Shown here: one piece after another, positions 1-11,210 of the stretch
Numbering within the stretch: the stretch's first letter is position 1
How the letters are laid out: every line of letters begins with the position of its first letter
Source: Hadesarchaea archaeon
Lineage (GTDB): Archaea; Hadarchaeota; Hadarchaeia; Hadarchaeales; Hadarchaeaceae
Length of the DNA stretch: 64,000 bases
Direction of reading: 5' to 3'
Assembly (NCBI GenBank): GCA_030619825.1
Contig: JAUXAS010000001.1
Coordinates: forward strand, 10,141-74,140
Program-made: the position numbers and the translations under genes
The notes under the pieces: model-generated
The model's input: the letters and a program-made list of their open reading frames with translations, nothing else
What the model was told of the DNA's origin: nothing
Databases searched by the model: none

Positions 1-308
1 GCCAAGTGGCATCGGGGATCGCCCGTGTTTACAGCTCCCGCGAGCAACTCGAGGGGCTGGAGCCCAAATTTTTGCTCAAGCGGGACATGCCGAAGGAGGC
101 CAAAGCGGAGGCAAAACCCGAGGAGAAACCGAAGGTCGAAAAGCTCCCTGAGAAAAAAGTAGAGGAACCGAAGGAAGCAAAACCTGAGCAACCGAAAAAG
201 GTGGCCAAGCCCGAGAAATCCGAAGCGGAGAAGGCTGGGGAGACGTCCGAAGGGGCAAAGCCAGAGGAAAAGGCAAAGGAGGCCGTTGAGGGTGGCAAAG
301 AAGGTTAA
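1..308 (+). CDS. rps24e: 30S ribosomal protein S24e, 5'-truncated, with long Lys/Glu/Pro-rich tail
   Basis: G-x-A-R-V-Y...LEPKFLLKR resembles the S24e C-terminus; lies directly upstream of S27ae. Confidence 0.75.
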   Translation, partial: QVASGIARVYSSREQLEGLEPKFLLKRDMPKEAKAEAKPEEKPKVEKLPEKKVEEPKEAKPEQPKKVAKPEKSEAEKAGETSEGAKPEEKAKEAVEGGKEG

Positions 309-459
309 GGCCGCGAAGGCCAAGCTCTACAAGCTCGAGGGTGAGAAGCTGGAGCGTCTGCGTCCTGCATGCCCGCGCTGCGGCCCGGGGGTCTTCATGG
401 CTGACCACGGGAACCGTTGGGCGTGCGGTAAGTGTGGGTACGCTGATTTCAAGAAGTGA
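292..459 (+). CDS. rps27ae: 30S ribosomal protein S27ae
   Basis: Not in ORF track; hand translation from GTG gives [55 protein letters not shown]. Confidence 0.95.
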   Translation: MAKKVKAAKAKLYKLEGEKLERLRPACPRCGPGVFMADHGNRWACGKCGYADFKK

Positions 460-1768
460 GTTCGATCGTCGCGCCGATAGCCTCGGTTGCGAGTTTTTCT
501 AGCTCGCGCAAGTTTTTGTCGATATCCTTCTCAGCCCGCTGCGAGTCACGATGGAGCTCCTCGATGGTCGCTCGCGCGTGTTTTAGGTCTGACTTGTGTT
601 TTTCGATAGAACCTTCTAGCTCCGCCTTTTGTTTAAAAAGTGATGTTTGTTCGCGAGCGCGCGTTTGGATTTCCCTGCGGTCGTAAAGGAGGGTGAGCCG
701 CTCTTTGAGCTTCAGTATCTTTTTTTCATCCAGAAGTCCCCGAGCTAGTTCCATTCGTTTCTTCCGTTCGCGGTCGTCCATGCTTATTTTTCCTTCCTCA
801 AGAAGTTCGATCATTTTTTGCAGCAGTGCATCGGTAGAAGCTATTTTTTCATCCGATGAGAGCACTTCGAGTGGATTCTCGATGCAGAGTTCAAGGACTT
901 TTACCATCTCTCGGTCCATTTGATACTCGCCAGCTCTCACGAGTTTTTCCATCTTCCTAAGGGGCCTGCTTAGCCCCGAGATCGCGCTCGATGTGGCATC
1001 CTTCACCTGGGCTATCTCACGCTCGATTCGTTCGAGCTCGCGTCCAGACGCGTCCAAGCTCTTGAATTCCTCGCTGTTGATGAGCCGCGCCAGTTGGTCG
1101 CTCTCGTTCTCAATCAACTTCTTGAGCATCGTGACCTGATTTTCTAATGATTTCGCATCGGTTCGCATACTCTCAATTCGATGGAGGAGCTCCCTTTGCG
1201 ATGATATTTTCGAGGAGATCAAATCAAGCGAGCGCATTCCTCCGCGGGTTCCTTCGATGAGGGCGTGTACTTCCCTAACCAATCCATGCAACCGTCGCAG
1301 GCGCAGTTCGATCGCGTTCAAGCGAGGTCCGAACAACGCTCGGACATGGCGGCCGTGGGTGGCGATTGTGTCGGTCATGAGGTTCACCATTTTCGTCAGT
1401 TTGCCATCGAGTATCGCGAGGTCGTCGGTCGAGAACTCCCCACGCCGCTGGATAGAGGTGGTCGCACGGGTCAGCTTTTCAGCTAGGAGCCTCCGGGCCT
1501 CGAGCGCCGTCTTGCGCAATCCCGGGTAAGCCTCATCGGTCGGTTTGGCATCAGAAAGGGTTTTTAATTCCTTTAAAAGTGCCTCCCGTTCCTCAGACAG
1601 CCTGTCCAGCATGATATTTAATGTGGATTGAGCCTCTGCGAGCTTCTCCCGCTTGAGCTTGTTTACCCGTTCCTCAAGAGAATCTACAGATAATTTTTCA
1701 ACTTGAGGTTCAGGTGGTTTTGGTTTTTTGCCGAAGATCTTGCGGAGGAACATCGGCTCGCCAACCAT
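449..1768 (-). CDS. Coiled-coil hypothetical protein
   Basis: 439-aa E/K/L/R-rich helical ORF; no catalytic motif recognised. Confidence 0.7.
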   Translation of the reverse strand: MVGEPMFLRKIFGKKPKPPEPQVEKLSVDSLEERVNKLKREKLAEAQSTLNIMLDRLSEEREALLKELKTLSDAKPTDEAYPGLRKTALEARRLLAEKLTRATTSIQRRGEFSTDDLAILDGKLTKMVNLMTDTIATHGRHVRALFGPRLNAIELRLRRLHGLVREVHALIEGTRGGMRSLDLISSKISSQRELLHRIESMRTDAKSLENQVTMLKKLIENESDQLARLINSEEFKSLDASGRELERIEREIAQVKDATSSAISGLSRPLRKMEKLVRAGEYQMDREMVKVLELCIENPLEVLSSDEKIASTDALLQKMIELLEEGKISMDDRERKKRMELARGLLDEKKILKLKERLTLLYDRREIQTRAREQTSLFKQKAELEGSIEKHKSDLKHARATIEELHRDSQRAEKDIDKNLRELEKLATEAIGATIELTS

Positions 1769-1821
1769 ACATAATTAAGCTGTTGTTTAAATGTTCGGCG
1801 TAGCCACAACAAAACTGTTGA

Positions 1822-2865
1822 TTAAATCACATGCACTGAAGACGCTTTAAATGCAGCATAAACTCCGGAGCCGATCCCCAACTTCATGTCTAGAAAAGAT
1901 CTCTTGGTGATAATTACCACCAGCTCGCGCCCAACATCTACTTTTAACCTCACAGTTGTTCCTCGGTCGGAGATCTCAGTTATCTTACCTTGCAGCATGT
2001 TTCTCCCGCTTGATTTGATTGGTCTTTTTGATAGAAGGATGTCTTCAGGACGGATGCAGACTTTAACTTTACCTTCTTTTTGCGTTACCGCTTCGATTAA
2101 TGCATTTCCGATATCTATCCTAGCGAGGCCTTCCTTTAGTTCCGATTTCCCTGAAAAGATGTTTTCAACTCCGACAAATTTTGCGACGAACTCCCATTTT
2201 GGTTTTCGGAATATTTCGTCTGGCGCTCCAACTTGAATGAGTTTTCCATCGCTCAAGACACCTATCCTGTCACCCAATAGAATTGCTTCGACATGATCAT
2301 GAGTGACGTGAATCGTGGTGACACCAGACCTCTCGTGGAGGTCCTTTAACTCCTTCCTCAACCTTTCCTGCGTTTGCGCATCCAAAGCGCTCAATGGTTC
2401 GTCCAAGAGTAGCACGTCTGGGTCAAGCACAATCGCCCTAGCTAGAGCTACCTTCTGCTGTTCCCCTCCGCTTAAGGTTTTTGGCAATCTTTTGGACAGG
2501 TGAGTGAGACCGAGCAAATTCATAGTGTGCCGTATCTTTTTATTGGTTTCAGATTTCGGAATTTTTTTCAACCTTAACCCGAACTCCACATTCTCTTCAA
2601 CGTTTAGATGAGGGAATAACGAATAGTCTTGGTACACGAAACCAACTTTCCTTTGTTCGGGAGGGAGGTCCGTTATGTTTTTATCGTTTATCCAGATTTC
2701 ACCCAGGTCGGGACGGTGAAACCCAGCGATTAACTCAAGCATGAGGGTTTTTCCCGCCCCCGTTGGACCCAGCACGGTGAAGTACTCCCGTTCTTTGACA
2801 TCTAAATTTATGTTCGTCAGCGAAAAATCGGCCCATTTTTTCGATAAATCCCTAATGCTCAGCAT
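1822..2865 (-). CDS. wtpC: Tungstate/molybdate ABC transporter ATPase with TOBE domain
   Basis: GPTGAGKT, LSGGEQQ, LLLDEP; operon context. Confidence 0.85.
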   Translation of the reverse strand: MLSIRDLSKKWADFSLTNINLDVKEREYFTVLGPTGAGKTLMLELIAGFHRPDLGEIWINDKNITDLPPEQRKVGFVYQDYSLFPHLNVEENVEFGLRLKKIPKSETNKKIRHTMNLLGLTHLSKRLPKTLSGGEQQKVALARAIVLDPDVLLLDEPLSALDAQTQERLRKELKDLHERSGVTTIHVTHDHVEAILLGDRIGVLSDGKLIQVGAPDEIFRKPKWEFVAKFVGVENIFSGKSELKEGLARIDIGNALIEAVTQKEGKVKVCIRPEDILLSKRPIKSSGRNMLQGKITEISDRGTTVRLKVDVGRELVVIITKRSFLDMKLGIGSGVYAAFKASSVHVI

Positions 2866-3643
2866 ACAACCGCCCCTGTAGATATTTTAGGCCAACGAAT
2901 ACCGATAAGGTGATCAAGAGAAGTATTACCGCGACGCGCATTCCTTCATAAAGCCCTAGGCTGTAAAATCTGCTCCAAATCATCCCCGGGGCAACCATAG
3001 GGAAAAATCCAACAAGCATGATCACCGCCGCGAACTCGCTTATCGCACGCGCCCAACTCATTATCGCCCCGCTGAATATCTGGGGAAATGCGAGCGGAAA
3101 TGCCACTTTTCGGAAGGCTTCCCATTCCGTAGCGCCTAGGGACCGTGCTACCTTTTCTAGGCGGGGGTCAACGCTTTGAAACCCCTCCTTAGCGGAGTTG
3201 ATGAGGAATGGTGCGGAGACAAATAGCATCGCGACAACAATTCCAGGTAGCGCGCCTTCAAACCTAAGAAAAGGTGAAACTGGCCCGCCAATTAATCCGC
3301 TTAATCCAAAAACTGTCAACAACATGATGCCGGCAACAACGTGAGGTATCGCCATGGGAAGGTCTATTATTCCTTCGATGAGCGCTTTTCCTCGAAAGTT
3401 CTTCCTCGCTAACAAATAAGCTAGGGGGACGCCGAACACGAACGTCACCAGCACTGCAAGGAACGCCGAGAAACAGCTCAGCCCCACCGCTTTTAGAACT
3501 CCTTGGTCAGTGATGGCACTGAGAAATCCAGTCAGGTCAAATGCAAATTGCTTGAAAAAAATATTGGCTATTGGAAGGGCAAGAATAGCTACAATAAAGA
3601 TCCCAAGCGCGATGAATAAGGCGGTTATTCTCTCAATCTTCAC
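2852..3643 (-). CDS. wtpB: Tungstate/molybdate ABC transporter permease
   Basis: DLPMAIPHVVAG, EKVARSLGA (EAA loop), WARAISEF. Confidence 0.85.
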   Translation of the reverse strand: MKIERITALFIALGIFIVAILALPIANIFFKQFAFDLTGFLSAITDQGVLKAVGLSCFSAFLAVLVTFVFGVPLAYLLARKNFRGKALIEGIIDLPMAIPHVVAGIMLLTVFGLSGLIGGPVSPFLRFEGALPGIVVAMLFVSAPFLINSAKEGFQSVDPRLEKVARSLGATEWEAFRKVAFPLAFPQIFSGAIMSWARAISEFAAVIMLVGFFPMVAPGMIWSRFYSLGLYEGMRVAVILLLITLSVFVGLKYLQGRLYAEH

Positions 3644-4665
3644 TGTATCACCAATGGTTGAAGATTTTCTGGCAGTTTATCAACATCGCTCGCCACGGCG
3701 GGGATTATCGGCGGCTGACCCCAATTCTCAAAAACCTCCCGCCCATACTCAGTTATCAACAATGTTATGAACTCGATTGCCAAATTCTCATTCGGCGCAT
3801 TCTTGGGTATAGTTATTCCATAGACGATAGGTTTGGCGGTAAACATTTTTTCGTTCGCAAGCCGCACCTTAACTTGTTTATAGATGTTTTCGTAGTCTAT
3901 GCTGGTTAGATTGATTCCATCGGGGAGCTCTACAAATCCAAATCCATGTTGGGCCGCGACGCTTCTGTATTCAAATGCGTAATCGATGCTGTGCGCTTCC
4001 AACTTGACAAGTAGGCTTACCGACTTATCTGAAATCTCCAGCTTATTGGTATTTGGATCCAAGTCCTCTGGCACCTTTATTAGATAATTGTCGTTTCCCT
4101 CAATCACCTCGATGTTGGTGTTGGCCACGATTAAATCATCAAAAATCGTGGAGTTATCATAGCGAATTTCTGCAAGCTGAAAAACCATTGCCGTGCGATA
4201 GCCGCAGGGATCAAGGTTAGGGTTGCCAAATCCAAACTTCACGCCAGTTCTATTGAGGATTTCATACCAATTGTTCTCGTTGATTTCATCTACATAATCG
4301 CTCTCGGCGGTATAGGCGAGCACCATTTCGTTACGTGCAAACTGGATATACCAATCCGCGTACTCAGGGAACATCATATTAGGAATTAGTGAGTAGTCCG
4401 CCGAGGCGAGGATGTCCGCAGCTTTATGAAGTTCAGTTATCTGCATAATGGCTTCTACACTGCCATGGGATTCAAGTTGCACGTCTACATCATGAGAGCT
4501 TTCGAATTGTTTTTCAATTTTCTCAAAGGGTACCGTAAGGCTACCAGCGTGGGAAATCTTCAGCACGCGTTTCCCCCCTATGGAAAATACGAGTACACCC
4601 AAGACGACGGCTATCGTTACCAGAGCGATAATGGTTTTTTCTGTGCCGATACTTTTCATACTCAT
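3640..4665 (-). CDS. wtpA: Tungstate ABC transporter substrate-binding protein
   Basis: HAGSL, GSV, ASADY, DPCGYR, YAFEYRS; N-terminal anchor. Confidence 0.9.
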   Translation of the reverse strand: MSMKSIGTEKTIIALVTIAVVLGVLVFSIGGKRVLKISHAGSLTVPFEKIEKQFESSHDVDVQLESHGSVEAIMQITELHKAADILASADYSLIPNMMFPEYADWYIQFARNEMVLAYTAESDYVDEINENNWYEILNRTGVKFGFGNPNLDPCGYRTAMVFQLAEIRYDNSTIFDDLIVANTNIEVIEGNDNYLIKVPEDLDPNTNKLEISDKSVSLLVKLEAHSIDYAFEYRSVAAQHGFGFVELPDGINLTSIDYENIYKQVKVRLANEKMFTAKPIVYGITIPKNAPNENLAIEFITLLITEYGREVFENWGQPPIIPAVASDVDKLPENLQPLVIQ

Positions 4666-4814
4666 ATTTCCCCTTTAGTTAACTAACATGCTTAAAAATT
4701 TTCCTTTTGTTAATCATTAAAGGTTATCAAACGAAAACGTTTTTCCCACTGTTCCTCACGCAAACTTATAATCACTGTCACCCACATTTCCTTGCAACAA
4801 AAGGAGTTGGAGAA

Positions 4815-5033
4815 GTGTACGGACCGAGAGAGCAAAGGGGACCACCTGCACCGGTGAACGTTGGCGATACCCACGACGTGAAGATCGAATCGAAGGGCAA
4901 AGGCGGAGATGGGATCGCCCACATTCAGGGCTTCGTGGTCTTTGTACCGGGCACGAATCCCGGGGATGAAGTAAAGGTCCGCATCAGTGCGGTGCGGCGA
5001 AGGTTTGCGGCAGCTGAAGTCGTTACGGAGTAA
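4815..5033 (+). CDS. Single TRAM-domain RNA chaperone
   Basis: PVNVG...[25 protein letters not shown]; GTG start after GGAG. Confidence 0.9.
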   Translation: MYGPREQRGPPAPVNVGDTHDVKIESKGKGGDGIAHIQGFVVFVPGTNPGDEVKVRISAVRRRFAAAEVVTE

Positions 5034-5103
5034 GCTCATTTTTACTCTGGACTTTGGTAACCTCGCTTGGCTTAGCGGTAGCTATTTCAGGTTAATTGCT
5101 TAA

Positions 5104-6123
<1,020 letters not shown>

Positions 6124-6789
6124 ATGTTGATGAAGAAAGGGGCCGAGGCCAACCTCTACCTCGAGCCATTCGCGCGGGTGCTCCATCGCGCGGGCGAGGG
6201 CAAAGTCTTGGTCAAACATCGAATTTCTAAGCGCTACCGAATTCTCGAGATCGATAAACAGCTCCGGGAGTCAAGAACTGCGCTCGAGTCGAAACTTTTT
6301 GTCGATGCCAAGCGAGCTGGGGTACCAACGCCGCTCGTCTACGAGGTCGACCGGACGGACATGTGCATAGTGATGGAGTTCATTGATGGCATACAGGTGA
6401 AGCTCGTGCTGGACAAATTGAAACCCAAAGCGAGACGGAAGCTCTGTGAGCTCATAGGTAGACAAGTAGCCCGCTTGCACCGCGCCGGCATCGTGCACGG
6501 AGATCTCACGACCTCAAACATGATCTTAACGCGTGAGGGCAAGGTTTACTTCGTCGACTTTGGGCTGGGTGAATACAACCCCTCGCTCGAAGCTCGCGGC
6601 GTTGATCTACATTTGCTTAGGCGCGCCCTTCAAAGTATCCATTTTCGTATCACCGACGAGGCTTACCGCGCGGTTTTAGCCGGCTACAAGCGAGAATTCG
6701 GTGAGGGGGCAAACAAGGTGATCAAGCGAGTTGAAGAAATTGAGCGCCGCGGGCGTTATGTACCCAAGGAGGAGCGGGCATGGCACTGA
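6124..6789 (+). CDS. bud32: KEOPS kinase Bud32
   Basis: KGAEA, HGDLTTSNM, DFGL; follows kae1. Confidence 0.95.
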   Translation: MLMKKGAEANLYLEPFARVLHRAGEGKVLVKHRISKRYRILEIDKQLRESRTALESKLFVDAKRAGVPTPLVYEVDRTDMCIVMEFIDGIQVKLVLDKLKPKARRKLCELIGRQVARLHRAGIVHGDLTTSNMILTREGKVYFVDFGLGEYNPSLEARGVDLHLLRRALQSIHFRITDEAYRAVLAGYKREFGEGANKVIKRVEEIERRGRYVPKEERAWH

Positions 6790-7352
6790 TCTTCGTCACG
6801 GGCAACCGCCACAAGGTCGAGGAGGTGAGCGAGCTAGCGGGGCGCCACGGCATTGAGCTCGAGCACCGCGACACGCCCTACATCGAGATCCAAGCGGACG
6901 AGCTCGAGCAAGTGGTTCGCCCGGGCGTCCAGCAAGCATGCGCCCTGCTCAGGCAACCCTGTTTCGCTGAGGACGCCGGGCTCTTCATCGAGGTTCTGCA
7001 CGGTTTCCCGGGCCCCTACTCCAACTTCATCATCCGAACCTTGGGCAACCGAGGTTTGCTGAAGCTGATGAGCGGTGAAAAAAATCGGCGGGCCGAGTTC
7101 AGGTCAGCCGTCGGATACTGCGAGCCAGGGGAGAAGCCCGAGGTCTTCACGGGGAAAGTCGAGGGAACCATCGCGCTCGAGGCTAAGGGCACACAAGGAT
7201 TTGGATTTGACCCAATTTTCGTACCGAGCGAGGGAGATGGGCGAACGTTCGCCGAGATATCGACAGGCGAGAAGAACTGCTTCTCCCACCGAGCTCGGGC
7301 AATCGAAGCATTTTTCAGATGGTATCAACAAAAGGAAAAGGTCCGTGGGTGA
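6780..7352 (+). CDS. rdgB: XTP/dITP pyrophosphatase (HAM1 family)
   Basis: TGNRHK, EDAGL, GFPGPYS, GFGFDPIF, SHR. Confidence 0.93.
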   Translation: MALIFVTGNRHKVEEVSELAGRHGIELEHRDTPYIEIQADELEQVVRPGVQQACALLRQPCFAEDAGLFIEVLHGFPGPYSNFIIRTLGNRGLLKLMSGEKNRRAEFRSAVGYCEPGEKPEVFTGKVEGTIALEAKGTQGFGFDPIFVPSEGDGRTFAEISTGEKNCFSHRARAIEAFFRWYQQKEKVRG

Positions 7353-7356
7353 ACGA

Positions 7357-7779
7357 ATGGCGAGCGAACGAAGGAAACGTGCGGGCTCAAGGCTGAGCGA
7401 GCTATCTTCGCGCGAGGTGGAGGATTTCGTGGTGAAGCTTGCGAAGGAGGGCACCCCTCCGAGCCGAATAGGCATAATCCTGCGCGACCAACACGCGGTC
7501 CCCAGCATCAAGGGGGCGACGGGGAAGAGTGCAAAGCAGATCTTGGATGCTCATGACATAAAACCCGAGTTGCCCGAGGATCTCATAAATAAAATTCGCA
7601 AGGCGGTGGCCCTGCACAGCCACCTCGACCGCAACCCGAAGGATTTCGGGAGCAAGCGCGCGCTGGAAGTGGTCGAGGCCGAGATCAACAAGCTGGCCAA
7701 GTACTACAGGCAAAAAGGGGTTTTGCCACCCAACTGGCGGTACGACCGCGAGCGGGCGGCCCTTTTGGTGCGAGCATAA
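7357..7779 (+). CDS. rps15: 30S ribosomal protein S15
   Basis: PSRIGIILRDQH, LPEDL, HLDRNPKD, KYYR; start moved to ATG 7357. Confidence 0.93.
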   Translation: MASERRKRAGSRLSELSSREVEDFVVKLAKEGTPPSRIGIILRDQHAVPSIKGATGKSAKQILDAHDIKPELPEDLINKIRKAVALHSHLDRNPKDFGSKRALEVVEAEINKLAKYYRQKGVLPPNWRYDRERAALLVRA

Positions 7780-7882
7780 GACAACAGATTTCTCTCATTT
7801 TTTGTAACAACCCGTGGCAAGCGTTAATAGCCCCGATTGTGATAGGCTAAAAGAAAGCTATAAATTCACGGGAGATTCTAGC

Positions 7883-9292
7883 ATGGGTCGTGCTGAAATC
7901 CGGAGGTTCCAGCAAGCAGCCGAGGAGGTAGTTTCATTCCTCAAGCCGAGGCTGGGCGGTGATACCCGCGCCAAGATTATTTCCCACACGGATGCAGACG
8001 GGATAGCCGGAGCAGCGATCCTCGCGAGATGTCTTTACACGTATAACGTTTCATTCAACGTCAAGTTCACACGTCCGTTAAAGCCGGACGAGGTGGCCGA
8101 GCTCGGGAAGGAAGGCCACGACCTCTTCGTGTTCATCGACCAAGGAAGCGGCCAGATCGAGGCGATCCACAAGTTCATCCTCAGCCAAAAGCGCGATGTC
8201 GTCGTGATCGACCATCACCCGGGGGAGTTCCCCGAGCACCCCAACTTAGCTTACTTGAACCCTCACGCGTGCGGGCTCAACGGCGCGAAGGATGTGAGCG
8301 CCAGCGGGGCCGTCTATTCCATCGTGGAGCACATAGACCGAAGCTTTAGACCGCTCGTGGGGCTCGCGGTCGCAGGGGCGATCGGTGACCGCCAGGAGTT
8401 CTTCTCGGGGTTCACGGGAGTCAATGACACCTTGGTAAAGCGGGCGATTGATTTGGGTTTCTTGCGCGTGGGCGAGGGGCTGAAACTCATCGGGCGCACC
8501 CTGAGCCCAGTGGTGGAATGCCTCAGGCTTACGACGAGGCCCTACATCTCCGGGATCTCCGGAAACCCTTCCGCCTGTCGTTCCCTTGTCGACACACTCG
8601 GCCTCTCGCCATCTAGTACCTTGGTCGAGCTAGGCTCGGAGGCGGAGCGGAGGCTGCGGGATGCTCTCTTCGCCCGAGTTGGTTCCCTAGCGACCAGCGA
8701 GGAGTTCTGCCACACGCTTTGGGGGACAACCTATAGCTTGGCCACGGAAGACCTTGTCGGCCCCCGCGACCTCAGGGAGTACGTGGCGGTGCTCGACGCG
8801 TGCAGAGACCTCCAAAAGTCGGAGCTCGGCTTCGCCGTGGCGGTGGGCGACCGGACGGCACAGACCGAGGCGCTGGCCCTCCTGAACAGCAGTCAGGAAC
8901 AAATGCTGGAGGCGTTAGGATGGCTCGTCTCCCACCTCGACACCTTCAAGCTCACGCCAAGCTTGAGGTACATCTACTTCGGCAGTGCAGTGAATTCAGC
9001 AATGGTGGGTGAGGTGCTCTCGCTCGCGATGGAATCGGGGTTGGTCACAACGGATCGCCCGATTGTCGGCATCGCGGACGCCGGCGCGGAGGAGTTGAAG
9101 ATTTCGGCTCGAAGTACACCCGGCTTGGCGATGCTGGGAATAAATGTTGGGCGGGCCTTGGCGAGGGCTGCAGGGATAGTGGGAGGTAAGGGCGGGGGCC
9201 ACGATGTAGCGGCTGCAGCCCGAATACCGCGGGAACGGATGAACGAATTTTTAGCCAAGCTGGACCAAGTGCTCTCGGGAGGCGACAGATGA
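7883..9292 (+). CDS. RecJ-like DHH phosphoesterase
   Basis: HTDADG, DQG, DHH, GGGH; conserved position after rps15. Confidence 0.9.
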   Translation: MGRAEIRRFQQAAEEVVSFLKPRLGGDTRAKIISHTDADGIAGAAILARCLYTYNVSFNVKFTRPLKPDEVAELGKEGHDLFVFIDQGSGQIEAIHKFILSQKRDVVVIDHHPGEFPEHPNLAYLNPHACGLNGAKDVSASGAVYSIVEHIDRSFRPLVGLAVAGAIGDRQEFFSGFTGVNDTLVKRAIDLGFLRVGEGLKLIGRTLSPVVECLRLTTRPYISGISGNPSACRSLVDTLGLSPSSTLVELGSEAERRLRDALFARVGSLATSEEFCHTLWGTTYSLATEDLVGPRDLREYVAVLDACRDLQKSELGFAVAVGDRTAQTEALALLNSSQEQMLEALGWLVSHLDTFKLTPSLRYIYFGSAVNSAMVGEVLSLAMESGLVTTDRPIVGIADAGAEELKISARSTPGLAMLGINVGRALARAAGIVGGKGGGHDVAAAARIPRERMNEFLAKLDQVLSGGDR

Positions 9293-10707
9293 GCTACGAA
9301 GAGCAGGTCCAACAGCTCTTCAGAACGGACCCCGGCTTCGCGAGCGCCGTGAGACTGCTCGAGAAGCTGAATAAGCTCAAGCATCCCCGCGTGCTCAATT
9401 TCTCGCATCACGACCTCGATGGCATTACAAGCGCCTTCATCGTTCGGCGGCTGCTCGAGCGCTATCTGGACGCGGAGGTCGTGACGAAGCTCCCCCCATA
9501 CTTCAAATTGTCAGAGGAGTCGCTCCGGGAAACTTTGGAGGGCGAAGGTCGTTTTGATTTACTTTTGCTCACGGACAAGGGAACGTTTGGATACTACGAT
9601 GATTTTCTGAGGTACATCGATCGAGTTTTGATTTTAGATCATCATCCACTCGATGGCAGACCCAAGCGATGCACCGTGCTCAATCCATCGGCCGATCGTC
9701 CGGTGCCCGCTGCGGCATCCTTACTCTGTCATATGCTCACCACCAAGCTTGACCCAACCGATAATTACGACGACTTCGCCGCGCTCATCGGCTGTCGGGG
9801 AGATTTCGCGTTTGACCCCGTGCAAAAGACCTCCGTGGACTTCGTTAGGCCCTTCATCGAGCGAGCAAGGGAGAAGTTCCCGCATGCGTTCGAGATCAAG
9901 CTGGAGCGCCCGACGATGTTCGACTTGCTTAACAAGGACCGTACTGTACTCATAAATCAAATCGGGGAGGTGTTACACGCGGGCTGTTTGGCACACCTCT
10001 ACAACCAAACCTTGGGCATCGATATACCCTACGGCCCGGAGCTCGTCTTCAATTTCTTACTCGAGCTGGCGAAGCGGAGAGATAGGCCGGCCGAGTTTCG
10101 CACGATCGCAGATGTGTTGGGGCGCATGCCGAAGGGCCAAATGCTATCTCGCGTGTTCGAACAATACAAATCGGATTGGAACATGCTCAACAGGCGAGCT
10201 GAAAATACGGTGTTTTTGGATGAGATTCGTGATGTGGGAATTTACATGCTGTTTGCCGAGGAGGCGCCGGCGATGCAAGCGACGCAGTTTCCAGCAATTC
10301 TCCCCTTTGTCGCCTCAACGCGTTTGGACGAGCTGAAGCTGACGGGTGGCCATTCTCACGTGATGTTGACCCTTTTCTGCCCGAAGGAACGAGGGGTCCA
10401 CATTTCGATGCGTGGAGGCGGTGGGGTGCTTGACTGTGGGGCGATGTGCTACCAACTGGCGAGTCATCTGCGAGATCTATACTCGGAGCGGGAGGGCATA
10501 GGGGGTGGAGGACACGACCGCGCAGCCGAGTGCGTGGTCGACAAGCCTGTACCGATGTACGCGGTGATGCATGAGCTGCTGGCGCTTGTGCAGGAGATGA
10601 GTAGGATAGCTAAGGCGCTCGAGAGCGGCGAGGTGACGCGAGAAGATGCTGAAAAGGCGAGGTTGCTCAGACTGGACCGCAATTTGAACGTTGACTCAGT
10701 TTCATAA
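9289..10707 (+). CDS. Second, divergent DHH-family phosphoesterase
   Basis: HHDLDG, TDKG, LDHH, GGGGH. Confidence 0.8.
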   Translation: MSYEEQVQQLFRTDPGFASAVRLLEKLNKLKHPRVLNFSHHDLDGITSAFIVRRLLERYLDAEVVTKLPPYFKLSEESLRETLEGEGRFDLLLLTDKGTFGYYDDFLRYIDRVLILDHHPLDGRPKRCTVLNPSADRPVPAAASLLCHMLTTKLDPTDNYDDFAALIGCRGDFAFDPVQKTSVDFVRPFIERAREKFPHAFEIKLERPTMFDLLNKDRTVLINQIGEVLHAGCLAHLYNQTLGIDIPYGPELVFNFLLELAKRRDRPAEFRTIADVLGRMPKGQMLSRVFEQYKSDWNMLNRRAENTVFLDEIRDVGIYMLFAEEAPAMQATQFPAILPFVASTRLDELKLTGGHSHVMLTLFCPKERGVHISMRGGGGVLDCGAMCYQLASHLRDLYSEREGIGGGGHDRAAECVVDKPVPMYAVMHELLALVQEMSRIAKALESGEVTREDAEKARLLRLDRNLNVDSVS

Positions 10708-10775
10708 CTACACTTGATTTCTTCTCCCATTGACCAAGTTTTAAGAGCCCGGGCGAAAGATGATTTGGGAATCAT

Positions 10776-11201
10776 ATGACCTTGGAGCAGAGCGAGTACC
10801 AGAAGTTGGTGGAGCGAATAATCGAGCTCCTCGAGCGTCATCGCGGAGACCCGAATGCGCGTGAGGCCATTCTCTCGGAGCTGAGAACTCTCTACAAAAA
10901 AATCCCGATTTATCCAGGGATCATCACCGAACTGTTGCCGAAGGTCGTTCAATCGACCGAGATGGATAAACTGAAAGAGGGGGAGGAAGTGGTCCTCGTT
11001 TTGAGGAATGGGTGCATAGTATCAGGCAAAGTGGCGGAAATCGGCCCGAGTGAGATAAAACTTGTCGAGGGCAAGCGATTAGATGTCAGCAGCCTGGCCG
11101 AGAAGGTTCCGGTGCGAAGAGAAGACGTGCGGGAGGCAAAGGTCATCTCGCGTGTCGTGCTCGAGAAGGAATGGCCGAGCTTGGATTTCGAAGAGGAGTG
11201 A
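10776..11201 (+). CDS. Hypothetical protein, possible Sm-like domain
   Basis: VVLVLRNGxxVSGKVxEI...IKL pattern after a helical N-terminus. Confidence 0.55.
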   Translation: MTLEQSEYQKLVERIIELLERHRGDPNAREAILSELRTLYKKIPIYPGIITELLPKVVQSTEMDKLKEGEEVVLVLRNGCIVSGKVAEIGPSEIKLVEGKRLDVSSLAEKVPVRREDVREAKVISRVVLEKEWPSLDFEEE

Positions 11202-11210
11202 GGTGCCCGT

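Noticed and set aside
449-1768. SMC/Rad50 ATPase
   Set aside because: Coiled coil only; no Walker motifs.
7075-7356. N-terminal extension of S15 in the ORF track
   Set aside because: Overlaps the rdgB gene; ATG 7357 is the plausible start.
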